Position numbers and translations under genes: made by a program | In this document: positions 23,084-32,025 of the stretch, one piece after another | Position numbering within the stretch: position 1 is the stretch's first letter | Layout: each line of letters begins with the position of its first letter | Notes under the pieces: model-generated | Told to the model about the DNA's origin: nothing | Databases searched by the model: none | What the model saw: the letters and a program-made list of their open reading frames with translations, nothing else | NCBI GenBank assembly: GCA_964019335.1 | Contig: OZ025684.1 | Coordinates: forward strand, 62,001-126,000 | Source: Diplonema japonicum | Lineage: Eukaryota; Protista; Euglenozoa: Diplonemea | Length of the DNA: 64,000 nucleotides | Direction: 5' to 3'

Positions 23084-25348
23084 TTATTTCTTTCTTTTCT
23101 TTTTTCTTTTGTTATTCGGACACACCATAACGTTAGGGGATAGCACAACCGAACTGGCTTCCGACTTCTGATCATCTATTTCTAAAGGCGCGCAGAAAGA
23201 AGGCACTTTAATCTGCTTTACGATAGGAGGGTTTAGGTCTGTGGAAACGGGAGTAGGAGGGGTAACAAAGGCTTTGGGAGAGATGATTCCATCGGAAGAG
23301 GACGATAGGCTGACAACATCCGACAAATGGAGGCTACCCCTATGGTTTATCGACCGTCCCTCATTTATAGTTGGGCGGTTTCTAGACACGTCTAACTCTA
23401 TCTTCGTCTGCGAGGCCAAAAGACCCCTTTTAGAGGCCTCTAGTTCCATCCGCTCCTTTAGGTCGCCAAAGCTGTCTTGAACGATCTGAAAATCAACAGT
23501 AAGTAGAACAAATAAGTCGCAATAGCTTAAAGAACGAACGGTTGCGGAGCGAGGTGCATGCGGTCGCAACAAAGCAAGCTCTCCAAACAGCTCTCCCCGT
23601 GCTAAGATGGTGAGGCTCTTCCATGCCCCACCGCAGGGTACAAGGACGTCAGCATGCCCGTACATTAGTACATACATCTCTTTTCCCAGAGAGCCGTAAG
23701 TGATGAGAGCCTCGTCAGGGTTCGCTGTCTTATGGTCAAGACAATTCGCGAGGGCCAATGTACACTGTAACCCTAAATCATGAAACATCGGGATGGCCTC
23801 GATCACAGTCACCTTGATGTAAAGAAAGACCTCTCTTATGATCGGTGATGGGAGGGCGGTGAGCGACTGCTTCAGTATAGCACAGCTATTCCCACCCAAA
23901 GTGTGGTAGTTGAACGACAGGACCTCCTGCTGGAGGGACGGGGGCACACCGAAGTGAAACATAATCGCCATGGACTTCCGCATGTAATCGTTATTCTGCT
24001 CCTCGATGTTCCCCGTCACCATGATGGCTGACATTTCAGCCATAACATGCCCCTGCAGCAAGAGGCACATTAAACACATCAGCCCTGCAAACAACGTGCA
24101 TTCCAATGAATAGACAATCGGGCCCTGCGTTGTCAGCACTGCCCAATTATAAAAAGCGGAGTACAAATAATGACCGTGCAGCGACGCTGGACAAGCGTCC
24201 GGAACGGTGCAGTTTGCTTCCGCATGTGACTTTTCATTGTGCGATATGAGCATCCTGGAAATGATGAGAACGTGGGCAATGAAGAACATCGTCATCACCT
24301 TTCTGAGCACAGGGACGAGGATGAAGTAGTACTCTACTAGCGCAGGGCCCATTGGGGACATATCGGGAATCTTCAGCATCGAGGGGAATCTCTTTAACGA
24401 GATGAGGTATTTGAAACGGCACAGCTTCCACGCCAACACGCTGAACCTACCACCGTACACAATAAGGTCCAGGGGGAACCCTTGAATGAGATCACTTGCA
24501 AAACAGGTGACGATGTACGCTTTGAAGATAGACCGCCGATCACGAATGAGCTTCATCTCGTACTCTGTCACCGTGTTGAGACGCACGGCAATGTCGATGT
24601 ACTGCACGAAAACCCAGAAGACATCCATTGCAAGGATAGTGTCGGAGTAGGTGTCCAAGAAGAGAAGCACAAGGGTTACAGTGACCCAGTAGTACAGCAT
24701 CTTGATAGTGATGAACACATCCCACCACCTTCTGAACGCATCGTCGGGGGACATAAGCTTATCATCCTCTCGGTTTGTGTTGCTTGTGGTGGTGATGTGG
24801 GATGGCTTGTTGTGCCATGCAGTTGAGCTCTGCACGGAGACCTTTAGATCCTCCCCTTGCAGCATCACCAGTTGTTTTTTCCTTTTGTTTGTCGCCTCGA
24901 GAACACCTAGCAACTGTGAGAATTCCTGCTCCGTGAGGTATTCGTTGCCGTCCAACCCACAGTCAGCAATTGCCTCAGATACCAAATCGTCGTTATCGAG
25001 GTAATGTAGGATGTCAATGCTCGGGAGCTGTGAGCGAAAGTCGGTGAGCTTCACGAGCCCGCTTACTTCGAACAGCCCAAATATCTCTTCATGCGAAAGA
25101 GCGCCCTTCACAGTCACTACTCTGGTCAAGAAGCTCCCCCCTATGTCCTCCAGCGCACCTCCTGTGCGCAGGTCTACATAACTTGTCCTATTATTCTCCA
25201 TCTTCACTTGGACTCCTCTTAACGCCGATTTATGCCTGGGGCTCTGTGTTAAGCAACATCTCTCACCAACATAGCTGCTTTCCAGAGTGGCCGAACTCCC
25301 GCTAGAGCATGATGAAGAGGAGCGTATCCTGCTGATGCTTTCTAACAT
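23084..25348 (-). CDS. Cyclic-nucleotide-binding cation channel (CNG/HCN/KCNH-like) with N-terminal EF-hand
   Basis: PDDAFRRWWD S1 entry, FASDLIQGFPLD S3, pore AVLTTQG, C-linker, CNBD GELFGELALL..PRSATVRS; EF-like DGNEYLTEQEF. Confidence 0.9.
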   Translation of the reverse strand: MLESISRIRSSSSCSSGSSATLESSYVGERCCLTQSPRHKSALRGVQVKMENNRTSYVDLRTGGALEDIGGSFLTRVVTVKGALSHEEIFGLFEVSGLVKLTDFRSQLPSIDILHYLDNDDLVSEAIADCGLDGNEYLTEQEFSQLLGVLEATNKRKKQLVMLQGEDLKVSVQSSTAWHNKPSHITTTSNTNREDDKLMSPDDAFRRWWDVFITIKMLYYWVTVTLVLLFLDTYSDTILAMDVFWVFVQYIDIAVRLNTVTEYEMKLIRDRRSIFKAYIVTCFASDLIQGFPLDLIVYGGRFSVLAWKLCRFKYLISLKRFPSMLKIPDMSPMGPALVEYYFILVPVLRKVMTMFFIAHVLIISRMLISHNEKSHAEANCTVPDACPASLHGHYLYSAFYNWAVLTTQGPIVYSLECTLFAGLMCLMCLLLQGHVMAEMSAIMVTGNIEEQNNDYMRKSMAIMFHFGVPPSLQQEVLSFNYHTLGGNSCAILKQSLTALPSPIIREVFLYIKVTVIEAIPMFHDLGLQCTLALANCLDHKTANPDEALITYGSLGKEMYVLMYGHADVLVPCGGAWKSLTILARGELFGELALLRPHAPRSATVRSLSYCDLFVLLTVDFQIVQDSFGDLKERMELEASKRGLLASQTKIELDVSRNRPTINEGRSINHRGSLHLSDVVSLSSSSDGIISPKAFVTPPTPVSTDLNPPIVKQIKVPSFCAPLEIDDQKSEASSVVLSPNVMVCPNNKRKKKRKK

Positions 25349-25568
25349 CACCTCCCCCCTTCCCTCCCCCTTTTCTCTTTATTTTTCAAAAGGCCGAAAG
25401 AAAAAAAAAATTAAGAATATAACGCATAATGTTGCTTAACATTTTCTTTTTGCTTTTTTTTCTCTTTTTCTTTCTTTTTTTTTTCTCCCCCCCTTCTTTT
25501 TCCCGATAAAGAGATGAAATAAGCTATATACTGTAGCATTTCCTTCTTTTTTTCTTTTCAGTAGCTAA

Positions 25569-25683
25569 GCTGGGGGAGGAGGCCGGCACGACCATCGAAG
25601 AAGGAGAAACCGCTGCTGAAAGGGGATAGGTGCAGGTAGTGCATGAAAACAAGGGGGCGTCTCACAAAGACTTCCTTTAACTC
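25569..25683 (+). mobile_element. 5'-truncated LINE family A 3' end (opposite orientation)
   Basis: Reverse-complement match to 28174-28287; followed by an ATATATAT tail. Confidence 0.85.
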
Positions 25684-26289
25684 ATATATATATTCCTTTT
25701 CTTTCTTGTCAATGGAACAAGGAGAACGACGGTTAAATCACTTAAGTGCTTCTTCAAAAAAAAAGAAGATGTCCTTGAAGGGTACCTGCAGTATGTGACA
25801 GGATCGCTTAACGACAATCAACTATCTAGTGTTTGATCCTTTCTGTCGCGGTGCCCTTTGGCCCATCGTGGTGCCTATTCAGCAGCTTGGGCGTGACCAA
25901 GAGGATGGGTGAATAAAAAAGAATAACTACACATCTGAAAAATTACTCCAACGAGGGGGGCACAATAAAAGGCCTAGCCCTTGTTAGATTATCAAAAACA
26001 TATTTTCAGAATAGTAATTAAAAAAAAAAAAAAAAAGCCATAGTGGAGGTGCAAGAGAACGGACATGTTTCGTTTTCTTTTTTTTTTTCTTTTTTTCCAT
26101 TCTCTTTTCTTGCCCATCCTTGTAGCTCTGTCTCAAAAAAAAAACAACTTTTTTGAAAACTACTTCAACCCCCTACCTCAACAGCAGCATTAAAAAAAAA
26201 AAAAAAGAACTAAAAAAAAAGAAAGAAAGAAAAGAATGGCTTTAATTGCTTCATAAACCACCTGGCGTACGATTAACTTCTTTCGACAA

Positions 26290-26321
<32 letters not shown>

Positions 26322-26333
26322 AAAGTGTAATTT

Positions 26334-27146
26334 TCAAACTTGATGTATCTCCTGTCCTGTATCTGCTTCCGTGTTTGCCCGCATCAGGCTGCGGATGGAA
26401 GCTCCCGTCGTTGGTGTGAACAGAAACTGCAAGCCCCTGCATGGTTCCCCCGTCCGTGGGTGAGGATGCCTTGCTGCAGGGTGTATTCTAGCCATGGCTA
26501 GCCCAGGAACCTGAAGACTCGCAGTTGCCCCCTCACAGAGTAGGGTAACACGTTCAGCCTCCATGTCCAACAAGAACCATAGAGTAGTGCCTGCGGTGGG
26601 CCTTAAGTCAACCTGTTGTGTCACCCCATCAAGGTACATTAAATTGTTGTTATAAAAAACCCCTGACTGGCAAAACTGTGTACTCTCACGGGTAGGGGAA
26701 AATACGAACCCCACCCAGGTTTCATGAAACTGGCTACATGACAAGGAGACACCCCAAGTTACGTTGACCCCCTTAGTCCCTATCTTGGCAGCCACAGATC
26801 TGGGCTCGCCGTCGGGTTTGACTGCAATTGTCCATCCGTTCCAGGCTTGGATGACGCGTACGTGCCGTGGGTCTCCCTCAATGATCTCCCACCCGCCTTC
26901 TCGCATTGCTCCCATCTGCCCTTGCTCCATTTCGACTCGCAGTTCGTCCCCGTCGCAGAATCTCCCCCCCTCCACCCTTTCACTCCCCCTTTGTAGAACC
27001 TCGTCTTGCCATATAAGGTCCATCCAGGCTTCCTGAACCCCCATCAAGTCTGCGGCCTTCTTATATACATCCGTCATGGTGTCATCGCTGCCAAGGCATA
27101 GGTCCTGCAAACCCGCTGCTGTGCGAAGGTATACGGTGATGCTCAT
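26334..27146 (-). CDS. Ubiquitin-like domain + SPRY-like beta domain protein
   Basis: ATG 27146; UBL-like MSITVYLRT..DLIWQDEVL..DGDELRV; C-terminal WVGF...FLLDMEAERVT...IHPA pattern is SPRY-like. Confidence 0.7.
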   Translation of the reverse strand: MSITVYLRTAAGLQDLCLGSDDTMTDVYKKAADLMGVQEAWMDLIWQDEVLQRGSERVEGGRFCDGDELRVEMEQGQMGAMREGGWEIIEGDPRHVRVIQAWNGWTIAVKPDGEPRSVAAKIGTKGVNVTWGVSLSCSQFHETWVGFVFSPTRESTQFCQSGVFYNNNLMYLDGVTQQVDLRPTAGTTLWFLLDMEAERVTLLCEGATASLQVPGLAMARIHPAARHPHPRTGEPCRGLQFLFTPTTGASIRSLMRANTEADTGQEIHQV

Positions 27147-27149
27147 TTT

Positions 27150-27186
<37 letters not shown>

Positions 27187-27968
27187 TGGACAGGATGGGT
27201 AGAGGAATGGTAAAAAAGAAAACCCTGTGAAGTTAAAAAAAAAAAAAAAAAAAAAGAGGCCACAAAAAAAAAAAAAAAAAAATACCGTACTTCTTTTTTT
27301 TTCTTTCTTTATTTGGAACAATGCCCCGACCCCGACATACAAAGAGCTCTCGAGAGCCAGGCGCAATAGGGTGAACCCAGGTCACCGTAGGAATCAGCGA
27401 ATCGCCGCAAGAATGCCTTACAATGGTATATAACTTCTTTTTTTTTCTTACGATGGGAAAAAACAGGGGGGGGGGGGAAAGAAAGTAACAAGAAAGGAAG
27501 GAGAAAAGCATGATATTGAGGCAAGGGAGAACCTCAAGGGTAGCAGGGGGAACGCTTTTTAATTCTTTTTTCTTTTTTTTCATATAGCGGATAAGGTTAG
27601 GGAGGTCTTGTGAAGTAACGAAGAAAGCAACGCCAAGAAATTGTTAGGAGGAAAGTCTGTCTGAAAGCGCGATGATTGGGCAGAATACGATAAAGAAAAG
27701 CTTTGTTCTTCCTTTTGTCACCGATACAAAAGATGATCTCTCGCACACAAGAGGACAAAGAGAAGTCTCGGATATTCTCAAGGGCCCTAAGGGGGAGGGG
27801 CCACGTTGAGAAAATGTCAAGGAGAGGGAAAGGGGAAAAAAAAAAAAAAAAAAAAAAAAAGAATAGAAACTTTTCTATTGTAGACACATAATGCGTTCTG
27901 CTGCCTTCAGAGTTCCTTTCCTCTATCTTCTTGGCGGAAAGATGGAAGAGAGTAACACGAAAAAAAAA

Positions 27969-28002
<34 letters not shown>

Positions 28003-28173
28003 ACAAACGCCTCACCAGTTTCTCGAAGGTTTAATGTCTGCAGGTAGAGTGGAAAGTCACAGATAGAATGGAGTATTGAAGGGGGCTTTTGGTGTAGGGG
28101 GGAGGCGCCACGAACGGCGACAACTGTGATTGAGAAAATGCTTTTTTAAAAAATAAAATAAAATAATATATAT

Positions 28174-28991
28174 GAGTTAAAGGAAGTCTTTGTGAGACGC
28201 CCCTTGTTCTCATCTTCTACCTGCACCTATCCCCTTTCAGCAGCGGTTTCTCCTCCTTTGGTGGTCTTGCCGGCCTTCTCCCCAGCCTGGCCGCTCTTTC
28301 TCTTCGTTCTCTCGCCCATTGTCCTTTCAACGCCTCTAGGTCATGCTTGGTCTTCGGTGATGCAAATATCGCCCTCCTGTTCCATCCGATCACCGCCTTT
28401 GTCCTCCCGATGGATCGTAGTGTGTGCACCCTTGTGCACGGCTCAGCTGGGAAGGCCCTCCTTCCTTTCACCTTCTTCAGTACCCTCCCTAGCTCCCATG
28501 TGTGCCAGATCTTCTTCATCAGTCCATGCAATCTCCTCGCTTTCCCCGCACCAGCCTGCTTCGCCTTCCCTTCTTCGTTGGCCGCCACGTAGACCAGGAG
28601 GTCCAGCTTGGTCAGCTGTCCCTTTCAGGCCTCGCCTCTTGGCTCTGAGATCCCCCGCAGGGTGACTCCCAGCGCCTTGAGTGCCTTCACCGTCTCGTTC
28701 TTGGCGTCCGCTTGCACCTTCGCCCACCCGTCCTCCTCGGATGCGGCTCTCCACCAGATGGCTCGCAGTACGATCGTGCTGCTGCTGCTGCTGTCGTTGT
28801 CGTCGTCCTCGTCCATCCACTTCTCCCGCACCTCCTGCACCTGACGAGAAGGCCATTCCCTTCGCCGTCACCTTCTGCGCTTGCACCGGCTTCCCTGACC
28901 TCGCCGTTCGCGCCACCTGCACCCACGATGATGATGCTGCCTCCTTCTGGGGAGTTTGCTCCCCAGAAGGAGGCAGCATCATCATCATGGG
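28174..28991 (-). mobile_element. Internally deleted LINE (family A): ORF1 5' part fused to ORF2 3' part, with 5' fold-back
   Basis: LRGISEPRGEA*KGQLTKLDLLVYVAANEEGKAKQAG aligns with ORF1 TRGLSDPRGEGWDGKLTKMDLLVYLSASDAKKAKQAG. It continues in frame into KARRL..AFPA..RVHTLRSIG..GWNRR, which aligns with 10699-11340. Ends CCTTTAACTC+ATATAT. Confidence 0.8.
28922..28991. repeat. 33-bp near-perfect inverted repeat with 4-nt loop
   Basis: Arms 28922-28954 and 28959-28991, one mismatch, loop TTTG. Confidence 0.95.
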
Positions 28992-29527
28992 AAATAAAAA
29001 AAGGGAAACAAAGAACATCGTATAGCGACAATAAAATTATCGTTTTTTTTTTCTGTGCTTTTTTTTTTTTTTTTCTTGGACGGATAGAGTTCAGGAATAA
29101 GTTAGTTCTCCCATTCTCTTATCAAATATTTATCCCCCCCCCCCCCTGCGATCGAAAAAAAGAATATTGCGGTCGGGAAAAAAAAAGAAGAGTAAAAAAA
29201 AAAAAAAAAAAAAAGGCTACTTTCTCATCACCGATTGTTTTAAATTGTTGATTAAAAAAAAACTCGATAAAATTTCAGTGTGCATGGGGGTGCTCACTGT
29301 TCAGGTAGAAATTCACACTAATCGGTCACCGTTCTGCGGTTGCTGTCTGGTGCCTGCGGTGTAAAAAAAAGAAAAAAAAGACAACTCCGGTATGACCAAA
29401 TCAATAAGCGGCAGAGAAACAAGCTTTTTTCTTTTTTTCTTTTTCTCTTTTCTTTTTTTTTGCCTTCGTTCCCGAGTCATATATTCTCTTTTTCCCTTCA
29501 AAAAAAGCAAAAAAAAAAAAAATTGAT

Positions 29528-29837
29528 GATTTAAAGGAAGCCGGTGGGGGCACCCTGCACAAGCACCATTTACTTGATTACAGGGGGCGCACCTCGGCCT
29601 AGCTGTAGCTTCTTCTGCGTTCCGCGTCGTGTCCTTAATGCGTGCGGTGTGCAGCTCAACCCCAGCCGGGGCGCCCCGGGTAACCATGATTCTGAGCCCG
29701 TGTAGTTTGCTGCCTGTTCGCCACCCAGAGCATCTGCTTCTTCCACTTGGGCGCTACCGGTGATGACCGACGGGGAGGTCAACAGCGAACAACACATCTG
29801 ATGTACTTCTTTATATTTCCATGTTATCCCCACCACC
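29528..29837 (-). mobile_element. SINE-like retroposon copy 1 (HDV-ribozyme head, LINE-like tail)
   Basis: Homologous to 42717-43012 and 55086-55250; homology ends sharply at GGTGGTG on the 5' side. Confidence 0.9.
29709..29837 (-). ncRNA. HDV-like self-cleaving ribozyme (intact)
   Basis: P1 GGUGGUG/CAUCACC; P2 GCUGUUG/CAG(G)CAGC; P3 ACC/GGU; L3 UCCCCGUC; P1.1 CC/GG; P4 GCCCA/UGGGU; J4/2 GGCGAA with catalytic C at 29720. Confidence 0.85.
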
Positions 29838-29839
29838 TG

Positions 29840-29874
<35 letters not shown>

Positions 29875-29977
29875 TCTTTTCTTTTTTAAATTGAGATCAA
29901 AAAAAAAAAAAAAAAAAAACAAAATAAAGCCAGGGTATTGAGCGAACCAAAAAAAAAAAAACCTTAATCCTTTTTCT

Positions 29978-31099
29978 TTAAAACCCTGAAGCTGATGAAC
30001 CTTCAGACCGTGAAGAATGATACCCCATGCTGCTATCAGAATCCTCGTCGACAAAAGAAAAATCGAATTCAGTGAAAAGCTCTTGCTGTTGTTTTGTGAG
30101 CGGTCGTCCAGATACTGCGTCGGGAAACCCTTTAGATCTCGAACCAAATTCCACATCGGGCAATGGCTGTACCAACGGGGGCATCGAAGGCACTTCCCCC
30201 GCAAGCCACGGGTGTGACAAAACACCCTCCCCAGTCAACCGCTTGGAAGGCGACACCGTCAACAAGCTAGAAATTAAATCCTTGACGTCATCGGGAACAT
30301 CGACACCATCCGGGAATTCAAACTGTCCTTTGATAATACTTCTGAAAACCTTATCGAATGTAGCCCCGCTGAAGGGGTTTGAACCAGTTACCATGTTGTA
30401 CACAACAACCCCTAATGACCACCAGTCCGCTTCATAAGAGTAACCTGGTCCCTTTACCACCTCTGGAGCCATGTAGAATGCCGTTCCAACGAATGTGTGA
30501 CATTTTTCCTGAACGGTGGGATGAAACCGCGCCAACCCGAAATCAGCGAGCTTCGGTTTTCCCGACCCGTCCAATAGAACGTTCTCGCACTTCAGATCAC
30601 GGTAGATGATGTTCAAAGAATGCAGGTGGACGAGACCCTTTGCTAGTTGTATTGTGTAATACCTTGCTAAATCGATAGGGAGGCGGTTTTCGGGGTGGGA
30701 TGATATGAAGTTGAAGAGGTCTCCTGATGGCATGTACTCCATCTCAAATACTGCGCTGTTCTCTGTTTGGAAAGACTCGTTAATGCTGAGTATATGTGGG
30801 GAGCCTCGTACTGCCGCCATTATGTCTTTTTCGGCGTCTACTTTTTTCACCATCTTTACCAGCCCGTCCTTGGGCATGATCTTCAGGGCCACTACGTCCC
30901 CTGTTTCTTTTCTCTTAGCGGCGTGTACTACGCAGGTTGCCCCTTTCCCCACCTTCCCTAGGTCCTCGTAGCTTTTGAGGTTGATCTCTTCTTTGTATTC
31001 GACTACCTCCCACCCCATGTCCTCCTTCACTTTTACGCGGCCTTTGATGGCTTGCTGCTTCTTTCTGCACAACCTCTGCAGCTTTGCCTTGATGCCCAT
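29978..31099 (-). CDS. AGC-family Ser/Thr protein kinase
   Basis: GKGAT, VALK, YRDLKCEN, DFG, TFVGTAFYMAPE, DWWSLG and C-terminal hydrophobic motif FTEFDF; ATG 31099. Confidence 0.95.
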   Translation of the reverse strand: MGIKAKLQRLCRKKQQAIKGRVKVKEDMGWEVVEYKEEINLKSYEDLGKVGKGATCVVHAAKRKETGDVVALKIMPKDGLVKMVKKVDAEKDIMAAVRGSPHILSINESFQTENSAVFEMEYMPSGDLFNFISSHPENRLPIDLARYYTIQLAKGLVHLHSLNIIYRDLKCENVLLDGSGKPKLADFGLARFHPTVQEKCHTFVGTAFYMAPEVVKGPGYSYEADWWSLGVVVYNMVTGSNPFSGATFDKVFRSIIKGQFEFPDGVDVPDDVKDLISSLLTVSPSKRLTGEGVLSHPWLAGEVPSMPPLVQPLPDVEFGSRSKGFPDAVSGRPLTKQQQELFTEFDFSFVDEDSDSSMGYHSSRSEGSSASGF

Positions 31100-31159
31100 G
31101 GTATTTTGTGTATTCAAAAAATCTTTTTTTCTTTTTTTTTTTTTTTTTATATTTCATTC

Positions 31160-31714
31160 GAGCCGGGTTTTCAAGGGTGGGAGTGAAAAGAATACTTCAC
31201 TTTTTATCACGCTCAACATTATATTCACTCTCAGCTTATAGAGAAATAAGGCCCAGGAGTGACAGGAGTGATACAGGAGTGATACAGGAGTGATACAGGA
31301 GTGATACAGGAGTGACACAGGAGTGACACAGGAGTGATACAGGAGTGATACAGGAGTGATACAGGAGTGACACAGGAGTGATACAGGAGTGATACAGGAG
31401 TGATATAATGTTACATTATGTCACTCCTGCACCTCCAAATTCCTTAGGAAGAAAGCCTAAGGCGATGGGGAGGATTACACGTCTCGGAGGTGCTAGTCAG
31501 TCTGCTCACCCATCCCAGAATCAAGATTCTGCAAGTGGGTCCCCGCATCCACCATACATGCAACCTCAGATGGTTCCACCACAAACGAGAACTGGTAACT
31601 TGAAATCCCCTTGTAGCTTGTAATACCCAACCTTTTTTGCTGCCTCTCAGTTTTGATTTCTTCTTGTAACCTGTACCCTGCACCTGTAACCTCCCACCCT
31701 TTCAAACCCGGCTC
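31160..31714. mobile_element. 555-bp MITE with 24-bp TIRs (GAG termini) containing a minisatellite
   Basis: GAGCCGGGTTTTCAAGGGTGGGAG (31160-83) vs CTCCCACCCTTTCAAACCCGGCTC (31691-714), 22/24 complementary. Confidence 0.8.
31254..31405. repeat. 11-bp minisatellite CAGGAGTGA(T/C)A, 13 full units + 1 partial
   Basis: Read directly from the sequence; no spacers. Confidence 0.95.
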
Positions 31715-31733
31715 TTATTAAATAAAACAACAT

Positions 31734-31883
31734 ATTAAATGAAAATAAGTGCATTATTTCACTTGTGGTGGCGGGTTTAACCCGAAATTATTACTACACT
31801 CGCTCCGCTCGTGAAGTAAGATCCTTTCTCGTTAAACCCCCTGCCACCACGCGTGAAATAATGCAATCTTATTTTCATTTAAT
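31734..31883. mobile_element. 150-bp palindromic MITE (~50-bp arms, central CACTCGCTCCGCTCGTG)
   Basis: ATTAAATGAAAATAAG..TGCATTATTTCAC..GTGGTGGC..GGTTTAAC is mirrored at 31831-31883. Confidence 0.8.
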
Positions 31884-32025
31884 AAATAGTTATGAGGGGC
31901 TTTTTGTACAACTATTGGAAAACTTTAAAAAAAAAAAACCTCGATTTTCTTTTTTTTTTCTTCTTTTTTTAACGTCAAGGTGACGAACGGCGCTCGCCTT
32001 TTTTCTTATTTCGTTTTTTTCTTAT

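Noticed and set aside
28174-28186. U12-type branch point (TTCCTTTAAC)
   Set aside because: Not within an intron and no U12 donor; explained as the retroelement 3' terminus.
29760-29801. C/D box snoRNA (GTGATGA...CTGA) on + strand of the SINE
   Set aside because: Only ~42 nt between the outer box ends; GTGATGA is simply the complement of the ribozyme P1 3' strand.
29528-29870. Plus-strand SINE with poly-A tail
   Set aside because: The ribozyme fold and the shared LINE 3' end both place the element on the minus strand; the A run is a flanking T tract.
31254-31405. CRISPR array
   Set aside because: Contiguous 11-bp units with no spacers, no cas genes, eukaryotic context.
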